Source of the DNA: the human T2T-CHM13v2.0 reference genome, Homo sapiens
Direction: 5' to 3' (one strand)
DNA length: 64,000 nt
Assembly: GCF_009914755.1 (NCBI RefSeq)
Contig: NC_060935.1
Shown one piece after another: positions 28,701 through 41,595 of this stretch. The stretch's first letter is position 1. The number at the start of each line of letters is the position of its first letter. The notes below the pieces were generated by a model, which did no database searches, was not told where the DNA came from, and worked only from the letters and a program-made list of their open reading frames with translations. The position numbers were made by a program, and so were the translations under genes.

Positions 28701-29636
28701 AGCTGCACTCCAGATAGCATCCGCTGCCCTTTCTCAGCAGCTTACGCAATTTATAGCTGAGAAATGGCCCATGAGGTCGAAAATCACAATGACGGCTGCA
28801 CCAAGGGGGATGTCAGCCCTGGGAGGGCGAGAAGAAGGGAGGTCTGGACTCAGGAGGCAGTTTTCTGGGGCCGCCAGGGCCTTGTCCATGGAAGGGCTCA
28901 CAGCACCTGCCCACTGGGCAGCCCACATGGCTGGCGGCTCCTGGCACCCACGCTATGCTCTCAGCTGCCCCAGAAGCTAAGACTGTTAAACAAGGGGCAC
29001 TGAAAAACCCCAGGTGACAGGAGAGCCCCATGTGTGAATTCTTCCCCACAGCTCCCTTCAGAGTAGACTCAGCCAGCTAGAGAACTCAAGGTGGAGGCTG
29101 CAGCGAGCGGGGAGAAACCCACGCTGTGTCTGCACTCACGCGAGTCCAAGACAGCCAGGGCAGGGCACTCTCGGGACTCCCAGAAGACCCCCAGGGCTTC
29201 CGCAGCAGCTGTGTCACGAGACATCTGCGGCACAGAGTGCCTAGGCTAGGCCGGGGACCTGCTCTCCTGACCACACACCAAGCCCGGCAGCCACCCGAGG
29301 GTGAACTGAGGGGAAGGGGATCGCACTGGGGCACGGACGCCAGGCACAGACACCGAATGGCTGGCTTTGTCAGAAGACTCTAGGCAAACCGTGGAATAAA
29401 ACGCGAGGGAAGGGAAAGAGACTCGTTCACAGAGAACCTTCTAAGTGCCAGGCCTCGCATGAACATTGGCGTGTGCTTCCCAGGCATCCCCCGACTTCAG
29501 CCAACAGGCCGCTGCAGGGCAGACCTGAACAGACGTGCACAGCCTCACCGGACCCTCCGCTACCAAGGAGGCCTTTGATTGGAACTCAAGGCTGCCTCCC
29601 TCTAAAGCACGGTCCTGTTGCAGAAAAAACAAATTT

Positions 29637-29918
29637 AGCCACCCCAGCCCAACACTTTGGGAGGCCTAGGTGAGAGGATCACTTGAGGTCAGAAGTTTGA
29701 GACCAGCCTGGGCAACATAAGGAGACCCCCCCACCCCATCTCAAAGAAATCTTCAAAATTATCTGGGCGTGGTGGTGTACCTGTGGCCCCAACTACTTGA
29801 GAGGCTGAGGTGGGAGAACTGCTTGGGGCCGGGAGTTCAAGGCGACAGGGAGCTATGGTTGCGCCACCACACTCCAGCCTGGGTGACAGTGCGAGACCCT
29901 GACTCTCTAAATAAATCA
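29637..29918 (+). mobile_element. AluJ-like element
   Basis: cactttgggagg...gaccagcctgggcaacata...cactccagcctgggtgacag. Confidence 0.9.
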
Positions 29919-30432
29919 ATGATAGTTAAAGGAAACACAAATGTGCGTTTTAGGAACCAAACACACTGCCTTTGAACTTGGTTCCAGGACCCCCAAAAAT
30001 GGCTTTTGAAGCAAGTAAGCCCCGAGGTAGGGATCGGCAACACTACCCAGAAAGGAACCACGCCCACATCAAGCTAAAGGTTGACCTGAAGGGGCGCTCT
30101 TACAGGGCCTGCCCAAAGAAGGGAGTAGCTGGATTCTGAGAACAGCCAGTCCAAGAGCAGCGCTCCAGCCAGCTCTGAATAACCAGGCTTCAGAACCCCT
30201 CGACTTCCTCAACTGGCACCCCCGAGACCTGTCCCTGCCCATTTTACTGATAAGGAAGCAAGCTCAACAGGATATTCATACAGGGTCCTGGCATCCGCTG
30301 ATGGCGTTTTCGGATCTAGAAAAGAGACCCTGTACAAACACTGAAAAGTACCACTGGAGGTTCCAAGCCTCCCTAGAGTCCTGGAATACCACCTCTGTAG
30401 CGGCAGGGGCAGAGAAGGTTTTAAAAAAAAAA

Positions 30433-30957
<525 letters not shown>

Positions 30958-32739
30958 TCAAAAGGAGACCACAGACCATGAGGAAGACGCAGTCTGGACT
31001 AGGAGGGGATGGGCGGATGGGGCAGGTTTCTGCAGGGAGAGCCACTGGTGCAGGGGTGAACATGGCCCCCTAAGCCCCGCACTTCCCCTCACACAGCAGC
31101 CAAGGCTATTTCTGTGCTGACCCCCGTGCTGGCAGCCTGGCTCTAGCCTTCACACGTGACTGTCCCCCAAGAGGGGACAGCAGCATGTGGAAGGGGAAAG
31201 AGCTTATTCCTACATGCCCGGCCCAGAGCGCAGCACAAGCCCATCCTGCCCTGGCTCACCTCCTGTTCCCAGGGGGGCACTGCCCTCCTAGTTCCCACAG
31301 CCCAGTCAGCAGAGGAGGAGGCAGAGGAGGAGAAAATGCCATCAAGTCTACCCCAAACCCACCCCTGCTCCTAGCAAGCTGGCCAACAAGCCTCACACCA
31401 AACAGGAAAGCACCCGAAACACAACAGCTTTCTTCCACGCCACCCTAGTAGGAGACAGTGATAGCCTCTCCTCCTAGTGCAAGGGGCCTCTCTGCCACAG
31501 CTGACCTGGAGGTGCCAACGTCCATGGGGCCTGGACAGGCTGTGGCGCTGCCAGCATGCAGAGAAGGACTGAAGCAAGCCAGGGCCATCGTAGCCCTGAA
31601 AGAAGTCCCAGGCAGTGCCACAGGGCTCGTACCCTCAGACAGTATGCCTTCCAAGCACAGCACAGCCCGTGGGCCAGGGGACATCCAGGAAGGAAGACAA
31701 GGGGGGCCAGGCTGGGGGTCAAGGGTCCTCCTGGGGTAAGGGTGATCAGAGACTGCCAGGAGGCCAAGAGCCAGGTGGAGGCCATGCAGAAGGAGCCACC
31801 TGGAGCCATCGGCGGTGGGGCTGGGGGCCGAGATTTCGGTATAAATTTAGAAGGCAGAGTAATGCACCACCGCACCTCCAAAACTGTCCATTTCAAGCTC
31901 AAGTCAAGCCAAACTCTGAACAATTAAAGTGGCTACTGGAGCCTGCCTAGTCATTCTCCCGGCCCCCAGCCACCACTGACTGCGGGAGGGCAGGGGCCTC
32001 CAGGGATCTCTGACCCCTCTCCCTCCTGATGCCTGCATTTCGCTCATCCAGGAAAACCCCTGGGCTGGGGGGCAGGTAGGACTTAAGAGCCCCCATCTAT
32101 CATGCTGCTGAAAAAAGTGGAGGAGCCCCCACACTCACCTGCTCACAGCAAGGCGGTGGGGCGTGGACTGATGGTTAAAACAAACAAGAGCGCTCACGAT
32201 CCCTCAGGAGCTCACAGGCTCAGAAAAGCCAGGGGATAGGTGAGACCCTGCCTCTCTGTCACTCTGCGCTCTCCCCACCCCCAGCTTCACAGAGCCCAGC
32301 AGGGCCCAGGCCGCCTAAGAACAGGGTGGTGGAGCCCTGCCAGGCCACGCTGCCCTTCTCTGGCTGGTATAAAAACCTTGGCTGCAAAATTTAGTCCAGG
32401 CTGAGTCCCTGAGTCCCACAGGAAGGAAGCTGGGAGCCCCACAAGGGAGGAGGAGTGGCCTGCGAGAGCACAACCCCCACCCCACGGCCCCCTGGAGCTG
32501 GCGAGAAGTCAGCCCGAAGCGCCCACTCGCCGGCTCCTGAGGACGCCTGGCTGTGGGGACCCTCTTGGTCACGGGCCTGACCCCAGTTGCTGCCATGGCC
32601 ACCTGGCCTGCAGGGGCTCAAACAGAAAAACTGGAAATCAATGTTTTTGTCAGTATTTTTTTCCCCAAAAAATATTGAGATCAGTCGAGAAACAGCTTTT
32701 CCTTAGAAAAATGCCAGAGAGAAATGGAAACGTGCCCTG

Positions 32740-33010
32740 GCGCTCTGGAATGGGGTGGGGCGGTCTCCAGAGATGGGCACAACCCCGAGAGACGCATGGA
32801 GGTGACTGGTGCCCTGCCCTCCCCCCTGCGCTCTGGAACAGTGCGGGGGGGCGGGGGGCGTCTCCAGAGACGGACACAACCCCGAGAGACGCATGGAGGT
32901 GACTGTGCCCTGCCCGCCCCTCTGCGCTCTGGAACGGTGGGTGGGGGTCCCCAGAGACGGACACAACCCCGAGATATGCATGGAGGTGACTGGTGCCCTG
33001 CCCTCCCCCT
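32740..33010. repeat. Tandem repeat, 3 x ~88-96 bp
   Basis: gcgctctggaa at 32740, 32828, 32924; shared core cacaaccccgagaKaYgcatggaggtgactg. Confidence 0.92.
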
Positions 33011-34442
33011 CACAGCCCTCAGCAAAGCCACCCGCCATAGGCCTGCGGGAGAACGGGCACTCCTGATGTGCACGCAGGCAGCTCTGGGTGGGCAGGGCAG
33101 CTTCCTGGGCACACACCAGCTACACTGCAAAGGGTGTGGTCAAACGTCACTGCACAGACCCCCTTGAGGTGACAGTTCGAACAAACACCATCCTCCCTGT
33201 CCTGCTGTGGACGCTGGTGTGGGGTGCGCCTGGGACAGGGCTCTGGCCCGAGGTGTCTGGTAAAGGGGGTAACAGGGTGGACTCCAGAAGGCTGGGAGGA
33301 AGGCAACTGAAGACCCGGAAGCCCACTCCCAGGGGAAAAGGACACCGGGCGGGCAGGGGCTGCTCCTGCAGGGGCACATTCCCCTCTAATAGGAAACGCT
33401 GTTTTTGTCTGTGAAACTGGAGAAAATGCGTCACATGCGGGAGAACCCCACATTCCAAGGCAAGAGGAGAAACTACAGCGGGAGGCGCCACGGCCCACAC
33501 TTCAGATTCCTCAAGTGGGGTCCGTGGCTGAGGCTGCGCAGGGAGGAGACACAGCACAGGGTGCCCTTGGGAGCAGAGGGGTGCAACACAGGGCGAGGCC
33601 TGGCCTGGCAGCCTGGTCCCTCATGCACAGTGAGTTCCACGCAGCCTCTGCACTGGCCACCCAGCCAACCCTGACCCAGCCTCGGGCCTCAGCCAGAGAA
33701 TCCTCCTCAAACCCAAGTCACCAGGGCCTGCCTCTCCCTCTCACGGTCATGCACGTGCCCCCTGAGGCCAGCCTTACCCCGGAGTCCTCAGCCCCAGGAG
33801 CCTCCAGACTGTTCCTCCCACCCCCAACATCATTACTGCCAGCCTTTGCCCAATGTCATCTAGGAGACCCCAGCTTCCACCTCAACCAGAGATGCCATCC
33901 GCTCTGTGTCCTGCTGGGTCCTAACAGTCCAACAGGAGCGGAAGCAGGAGTGCAGCAGTGATTTTCTGCTCTGTCCTGGGAGCTGAGAACAGGGGCAGTG
34001 CTGGCAGCTGGAACCTGAAAGCGTTTGAGTGAGTGAGCTGCTCATATACAAATAAGAATGTGTGCAAACCAATAAGAACAAAATGACCATCACCCCTCCC
34101 CAAAAAAAGGGGCAAAGAAAAAACCATTCACAGGCAGAAAATAACTACAAATGGTTAATAAACATAAGAAGATCAACTTGCCTAATTTAGAAGCAACTGA
34201 AGACAAGACCTTCCAATGACAGCCAGTGCCAGGCACCCCCAGCCGAGAAGCTCCTCAGAACATTGAGAATGTAAAATGGGAATTTATCTCAAGTATTCAA
34301 ACTCGGAATGACTATGAATAATAAACCTGAATGAAGCATTGCTCATAAAAGAAAATGCTGGAAACTGCCTAACACTCGCAGGGTCTCCTTAGCAAGTCCT
34401 GCTATGCAGTCATCAAAGAGGGAGAAGAGCCCAGTGGGCAGG

Positions 34443-35350
34443 GACCTGGAGGTCAGCGCCAGGGCTGCGGGGCACCCGGGAGGTGAGAGCCAGGGCTGCG
34501 GGGGGGACCCGGGAGGTCAGAGCCAGGGCTGCGGCGGGGACCCGGGAGGTCAGAGCCAGGGCTGCGGCGGGGACCCGGGAGGTCAGAGCCAGGGCTGCGG
34601 GGGGGACCCGGGAGGTGAGAGCCAGGGCTGCGGGGGGGACCCGGGAGGTCAGAGCCAGGGCTGCGGGGGGGACCCGGGAGGTGAGAGCCAGGGCTGCGGG
34701 GGGGACCCGGGAGGTCAGAGCCAGGGCTGCGGGGGACCCGGGAGGTCAGAGCCAGGGCTGCAGGGGGACCCGGGAGGTCAGAGCCAGGGCTGCGGGGGGA
34801 CCCGGGAGGTCAGAGCCAGGGCTGCGGGGGGACCCGGGAGGTGAGAGCCAGGGCTGCGGGGGGACCCGGGAGGTGAGAGCCAGGGCTGCGGGGGGACCCG
34901 GGAGGTGAGAGCCAGGGCTGCGGGGGGACCCGGGAGGTGAGAGCCAGGGCTGCGGGGGAGACCCGGGAGGTGAGAGCCAGGGCTGCGGGGGGGACCCGGG
35001 AGGTCAGAGCCAGGGCTGCGGGGGGGACCCGGGAGGTCAGAGCCAGGGCTGCGGGGGGGACCCGGGAGGTCAGAGCCAGGGCTGCGGGGGGGACCCGGGA
35101 GGTCAGAGCCAGGGCTGCGGGGGACCCGGGAGGTCAGAGCCAGGGCTGCAGGGGGACCCGGGAGGTCAGAGCCAGGGCTGCGGGGGGACCCGGGAGGTGA
35201 GAGCCAGGGCTGCGGGGGGACCCGGGAGGTGAGAGCCAGGGCTGCGGGGGGGACCCGGGAGGTGAGAGCCAGGGCTGCGGGGGGACCCGGGAGGTGAGAG
35301 CCAGGCTTGCCGGGGGACCCGGGAGGTCAGAGCCAGGCTTGCTGGGGGAC
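34443..35350. repeat. G/CpG-rich VNTR, 31-33 bp unit (gacccgggaggtSagagccagggctgcgggggg), ~28 copies
   Basis: Highly homogeneous array; units vary in G-run length and gtcag/gtgag. Confidence 0.98.
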
Positions 35351-35863
35351 AGCTGGAAAGTACACACCTCCAGAGCTTTAGGGGTAAGCCTGTGTATTTT
35401 ACTTTCTTTATATTTCTCCGAATTGTTGGAATTTTCCATGTTAAAATACATCATCACCACAATCAGAAGAAAAAAAACATTTAATTTTGGGAAAAGTGAA
35501 AAGACCTCCAAAGAAAATGCCCAGAGGAGGCATTTTATTCTAGTTTCCAAATTTTCACTAATCTTCCTTTTATAATTGAAAAAAAAAAGTGCACTATCTA
35601 CATTCTAACAGATTTTTGAGAAGTACATACAGGAAAACATTTCACAGTTTCCTAAAAACTTAAACACACACTCGATGATGCCTGCCTCACTACGCGCCTG
35701 GAGGCTTGTCTGCGAGGAATCAAAGGAATCTGGTAGTGATGGCTGAAAACTGGGTCCCAGATGCTCACTGCTGGGGAACAGGGACATCAGTCACCGAATC
35801 TGCACTAAGCTCCAAGAGGACCAACTGCCACACGCAGTGTGCTGACTCACCAGAGTGGGAAAA

Positions 35864-35973
35864 CCACGCAGAAGATAGCGGGGCCACAGGGAGCATCCAC
35901 CCCACATTCTAGAATGGAGAGAGCCACACAGAAGACAGCGGGGCCATGGGGAGCATCCGCCCCACATTCTAGA
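35864..35973. repeat. Tandem duplication, 2 x ~60 bp
   Basis: ccacRcagaagaYagcggggcca...ccccacattctagaa at 35864 and 35924. Confidence 0.88.
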
Positions 35974-36133
35974 ACAGGCAAAACCTCCAGCAGGACGAGG
36001 AGCTTTCCTGAGGATGGCACAGGCTGCAGGCACTGCCCACACAGACCTGTAGGTTCACCAAAACTTGCTGAATTGCATGCCTGAAATCACAGAATTCTGC
36101 CGTATGTAAACAACACCTTCAACACAGCTGCTT

Positions 36134-36317
36134 CCAGGTGTGGTAGCTCACGTCTGAAATCCCAGCACTTTAGGAGGCTGAGGCAGGAGGATCTCTTGAG
36201 CCTAGGTCAAGACCAGCCAAGGCAACACAGTGAGACCCCATCTCCACAAAAAAAATAAAAATTAGCCAGGCATGGTGGCGTGCACCTGTGGTCCCAGCTA
36301 CTCAGGAGGCTGAGGCT
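36134..36317 (+). mobile_element. Truncated AluJ-like element
   Basis: Left arm plus start of right arm, stops after ggaggctgaggc. Confidence 0.85.
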
Positions 36318-37358
36318 CCTGGGATGTTTCTATCACTGGGAATCGTGACTTTTCACACTGCAGGGGATGAGCCTGGTGTGTCACCGGCCTTGCCTCCTGG
36401 GGCTGTCTGAAGCTGCTGGGCTTCTGGATGTGGCCCCCCCGTGGGTGTGCAAAATCCTGTATCATAAAAAAAACCAGCTGCTCACACGCACACTTCTCCA
36501 ATTCAAGCAGAAGCTGCTGAAGCACAAACAAGGTGATGGCTGTGGAGATGGGCTGGGGGGCTGGGCGGCCACCCCCATCAGGTGGGCTCCTAGGTGGTTG
36601 GTACCACGGCCGGGACAACTCACTCCATCATTAGAACTTTCTTCAGGATGGAACACAGGGCTAGGGTTGAATTTTCCTCCGTTTTAAGAAGTAAACTAGT
36701 TTTCCCTCAAAGGGAAATGGTTTCCCCTCAAACTGTCTTTAACAAGTAGACACTGCACGTAGAACAAGGAAGAATGAAAAGCATGGGCGGGTACCATGAA
36801 CACATGTGTGTGTCAGGACTGCAGGCAACAGGCACCCCTCCGCCAGTCTCAGGTAAGGCGCCGTCACTCTAGTTGCTTACACTGAAGCCAGGTGCAGCCT
36901 GTTCAGAATGTGGAAGACCCAAGATGGGCTTGAGGCAAGACAGGTGGCAGAGGTGGCCCCCCAGCGAAACACAGCTGGGGAAGAGCCCTGGGCCTCCCCG
37001 GCAGACTCCAAGTGGTTCCTGACGACCAGGGGCAAAGTCTCATCTCTGACTCCCCACTGCTGGCACAGCCACACACGGTGGTCCTGCTGCCCACTGCCCA
37101 CTCTCTCCGCATCCTTAGACCCTTCCTCTCTCCTCACACTCGACCTCCTCAGAACTTCCTGAAGTGGGTGCTTGGGAAGTAACTCTTTCAGAACTCACAC
37201 ATCAGAAAATATTTTCATTCTACTCTTACATCATTGACAGGTTAACTGATGCTGAAGTCTACTCTGGAAATCCTTTTCTGACTGCATTTTGAAGACCATC
37301 TTCTACTTTCCAGGTTGGAATTCATATTCTGGTTCTCAGTACACTGTAGATAACCTGG

Positions 37359-38090
37359 TGCTACGCTCTGAATGTGTCCCCCAAAGGCATGTGCTGGAAA
37401 CTGAACACCCAGTGCTGCAGCGCTAGGAGGTGGGGCCTGGTGGGGGGTGATTAGGGGTGGGGCTGGGAGGTGGGGCCTGGTGGGAGGTGATTAGGGGTGG
37501 GGCTGGGAGGTGGGGCCTGGTGGGCGGTGATTAGGGGTGGGGCTGGGAGGTGGGGCCTGGTGGGGGGTGATTAGGGGTGGGGCTGGGAGGTGGGGCCTGG
37601 TGGGCGGTGATTAGGGGTGGGGCTGGGAGGTGGGGCCTGGTGGGCGGTGATTAGGGGTGGGGCTTGGAGGTGGGGCCTGGTGGGAGGTGATTAGGGGTGG
37701 GGCTGGGAGGTGGGGCCTGGTGGGCGGTGATTAGGGGTGGGGCTGGGAGGTGGGGCCTGGTGGGGGGTGATTAGGGGTGGGGCTGGGAGGTGGGGCCTGG
37801 TGGGCGGTGATTAGGGGTGGGGCTGGGAGGTGGGGCCTGGTGGGGGGTGATTAGGGATGCGGGATGCTCTGCCCTAGGAATGGATTAATGTGATTCTGAA
37901 AGGGCTTGGGGCTGTGAGTTCCACCTCTTGCCCTTCCACCTCTCCCCACGAGGTGACACTGCACAAAGGCTCTTGCCAGACATGGGACCCTCCATCTTGG
38001 AATTCCAAACCTCCAAACTGTAAGAAATAAACCTCTGTTCTCTGTAAACCACTCAGTCTCAGGTATTGTTTCAGCGGCACAAACAGACGA
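37359..38090 (+). mobile_element. MST/MLT1A-type MaLR solo LTR containing a VNTR
   Basis: 5' tgctacgctctgaatgtgtcccccaaa; 3' cctccaaactgtaagaaataaa...actcagtctcaggtatt. Confidence 0.85.
37426..37856. repeat. VNTR, 40-bp unit (ggaggtggggcctggtgggVggtgattaggggtggggctg), ~10.8 copies
   Basis: Exact 40-bp period; essentially one variable position. Confidence 0.98.
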
Positions 38091-40518
38091 AGGGGTTTTG
38101 TTTTGCTTTGTTCTTCTCTCTGGAAGTTGTAAAAATATGCTCTTTATCCCTGGTGTCTTCTGGTGTCGCCTTTTCATTCACTGCATTGGACACTGTGTGA
38201 GCCCATTTCATCTGTGAATTCATTTCTGGAAAACTGTGGCGTTCCTTTGGTGATTTCCTCCCTTCTGTTTCCTGCTCTTCCTGGAACTCCTACCAAGCTA
38301 CAGTGACCCCTGCCTGATGCTCGGTTTCCGTACCTTTGTGCTCCTGGTGTCCATGCCTGATACCCGCCCTGTGCAGTCGGCCTGCTGGGAAGGGCGCGCA
38401 GCACCATCTCCCACACCTCACTGGCTGTCCGATCCTCCTCTCTCAGGCACTCTTTGCTGTGCACCGGATGCTCCTTTCTGTACAAGTCTGCTCTTGCTAC
38501 GTGGTCTTTACAACTCTGAGGAGACCCACGAACGCTATGCTTTACTCTTTGGTTTGGGCTGGCTTCCTGCTTTTTCATCTGCTTTGGTCTATCTGGTGAC
38601 CCCTGCCCCCTCACATCACATGTGGCAGGAGGCACTGCAAAGCTCACTGATGGCTCTAGGTGCACGGAGGGGGCTTCGCTGGGGGAGTCTGGCTGTATTC
38701 AACACCTTTCCAGCATCACAGGAAACGACTTACCAGATTGAAGGGACTCACCCAGCATCCACGTCATTGAATGCAGAGGCCACATCAGGGAACACACTGA
38801 CATTTCAGAACACTAAGGGACATGGGTGGCCCCTCCTCCCCACTCCCAGTGCCCAAGGGTTTTTTCTCTTGGCTGGGGAGACTCCCATTCTCTGCTGGAG
38901 GGTGGACCTCAGCTGCTGGGGTCCTGAGGACCCGGTGTGGGAGGGGCAGAAGGGGACCTCCCTGGTGGATGTGGAAAGCTGTCAAGGCTTCATGTGCAGG
39001 ATGATGCCCTCCACTACGCCTGGGTCTCAGCGGACAGTGCTATGATCCCACGTGCTCGGACTAATCCTCCAGACACAGATCAGACATGAATGGGGTGTCC
39101 AGCTGCTTCTAAACACACCTCCAGCCTCCAGACCAGCTCTGCTGTCTTCAGCTCCACCATCCAAGGGGCTCCCAGACTCCATGGGAGCCATCCACAGTTT
39201 CTCAGTGAAAACACTTCCCCTGCTGGTCAGATTTCAGCTTTCCTGAGTTTGCGTTCATTCCACCCGACCCTCAGCTTTCCAACTTCCAAAATGTGTCTGC
39301 TCTCGTCTCCTCTGCACTCTCTGCTCCTGCAGATTTCTGCCTCTCCGAAACTCCCTGGGCGCTTATCCAAGTGGGGTCGAGAAGCAGGGCCAGCACAGAG
39401 GCTCACTGGTGCTCATCAGCCAGAGCCCTGTCTCTCTGCTCTTCAGCATCCTAGTGGGACGGGAGCACCCAGGGAACACAAGTGCACCATGACGCGGAGC
39501 CCTTCATCACCGCAGGCCACGGCGCTTGTCCTTCCCAGAGGCCCCCAACCACAGCTGCTGAGCGACACCCACACCGCTTCTCTCTTCACACAGCGGACTG
39601 ATGAGGAGTCCCGCCAAGCAGGAGCTCTGAGCCACAGCACAGAGTGTGCTGGCCCAAGTCCACGCCTGCATGCAAGCTCAGCCATGCGTCTAATGGCAAT
39701 AACCGTGGAATGAGCTCGTGAGGTTCGGAGAGTCCCACCCCGACGGGGAGAGCCACAGGGAGCCCCAATCTCGGCAGTGACCGGCTCCAGGTCCCCACGT
39801 ACCGTGAGAGTGGGGACAGCGGTGGACAGCAGCCCTTGAGCAGGGCACAACCTTCAGAGAGACCTCGACAAGTGAACACTTAAACCAAGGTCGACCCTGG
39901 GGGAAACGCAGACCTCCTCCCAGTGCCCCCTTCAGAAAAGGTACTCAAACACTGGCTCCCATCATGAGCTGGGCACGGAACCAGGCATGGGTACTACCTG
40001 CCTCCAGGGCTTGGAGCTCGGGAGGGGAACCAATCCCGGGCCCTCGACCTGGGAGGTGCCAGAAGGCCCTCACACAAGACTCCAGCACTAGGGTGGGGAG
40101 GTTAAAGTAAACAGGACAGAGGGGTTCAACTAAGACAATACCTTTTCTCACGGTCAGAGGCGAAGGCACTGATGCCAGCCGGCGCCGACTCAGGTGAGCA
40201 CACAAGCTCTCCCGCCGCGGCTGCACCACATGCCTGATAAAGGGACAGCCCTGGATGTCTAGTTCCTCAGGCACGTGTGCACACATGTGTGCTGCGTAGC
40301 ACTGGCACCCCATTCCTGTTCTGCCCCAGGTAGCTGGTGCATTCCCCGGTGCTCACCGGCTCGACCCCCCAGCAGCACGAGAGACCTCACAGAGGGAGTC
40401 ACACTAACGTGGTCGGGGCTCCAGAGCGAAACCCCAACCACTATGCTCACAGCCAGGACCGAGCAGGCTGGGCCAACGGCAGTCCCTGCCCAGCGCCCGG
40501 CTCCCTCCGAGTGGCCAG

Positions 40519-40536
40519 CAGCGCCCTCTGGTGGAG
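40519..40536 (-). promoter_or_regulatory. Candidate CTCF site (CCACCAGAGGGCGCTG)
   Basis: Matches the core consensus CCASYAGRKGGCRS at every position; motif evidence only. Confidence 0.55.
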
Positions 40537-40769
40537 ACTGGCTCGGCCTCCGCGGCACTGCATTCCCACGGCAGTGGTCCATCTAGTCCCCAAGTCCTAG
40601 AGGAGGCCCCTCTCTCTCCCTCAGCCCTGGCAGGGTCCTTGGCGCCCATTCTCCACACCTGCACTCCTTGGCCCTCCAGGAATTACCGGCCTCAGGGGCG
40701 CTCCTGGAAGCAGAGAAGGGGATCTGCCTGGACCTTCCTCAGAGGCACAGCCTTCACAGAGGCACGAGG

Positions 40770-40892
40770 GGCTTTGGAGCAGAGGAGGCTGCCACTTATC
40801 AGCCAGACGGCCTGGGCTCAATTCCCAGCTGCAGGGCCCTGGCCAGTGACATCACCTCTCTGCATTTTCCCACCTATAAAATGGGAATGCTG
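40770..40892 (+). mobile_element. MIR fragment
   Basis: ggctttggag...cagacggcctgggctcaattcccagct...cacctctctg...cctataaaatggga. Confidence 0.65.
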
Positions 40893-41417
40893 ACCTCCAG
40901 CATGTCCTGAGCAGGTAGAAGATTGTGGCCCTCCCCGGGGAATCCAACACCAGCCCCTGGACACCCCTGGATGCTCCTGGGCATGGCAAGACCAGCAAAG
41001 TCACCTCCCAGCTGCCCAAAAGGAGTGTCCACACCAACAGGGGCAGCAGTGACCCCTGAGTGCTTCTGAACACACCATTTGGGCAATCATCTTCAAAATT
41101 AACAGAACCAAGGTGACGAGAAAAAAGGCACTTCTATGGCAAGCTCTGCTCCGAGTGGCCATGAAGAAGCTGAATCTTCTAGCTGTGCAAACAGAAGGTG
41201 CCAAGTACTGGCTGCTTTCTAGGTCTCTCTAGGTCTGACTGTCATCCCCCTCCTATCAGCCCCAGGGCAGTACCCAAAACACCCACTGCTCAGCGGTGGC
41301 CACATGAATCAGAAGCACGGCATCCTGAGGCCATGGTAAGCAAATCACAGGAGACGGCTGGTAATGAGGACACGAAATATGCTCGGCCTCACCAATAAAC
41401 AGAGCAGCCTGATGCAT

Positions 41418-41595
41418 GTGAAACCACATGCCGCTGATGGAGTGGGGGGCAGGGAAAGACTGGCACCCGCCCTGTAGGGGAAGGGGACAGTTAGACAGTG
41501 GTGAAACCTCCACATGCCACTGATGGAGCGGGGGGCAGGGAAAGAGTGGCACCTGCCCTGTAGGGGAAGGGGACACTTAGACAGTGGTGAAACCT
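41418..41595. repeat. Tandem duplication, 2 x ~85 bp
   Basis: gtgaaacc at 41418, 41501, 41587 with near-identical intervening sequence. Confidence 0.9.

Noticed and set aside
32133-32145. Consensus minus-strand donor CAG|gtgagt (similar sites near 60190 and 61556)
   Set aside because: No convincing paired acceptor or reading frame; such motifs occur by chance
34404-35200. GGDPGGQSQGC repeat ORF resembling KRTAP5 or loricrin
   Set aside because: VNTR translation; unit length varies 31-33 bp causing frameshifts; no MGCCGC start or Cys-rich C-terminus
37426-37856. Interstitial telomere
   Set aside because: TTAGGG occurs once per 40-bp LTR-derived unit, not as tandem hexamers
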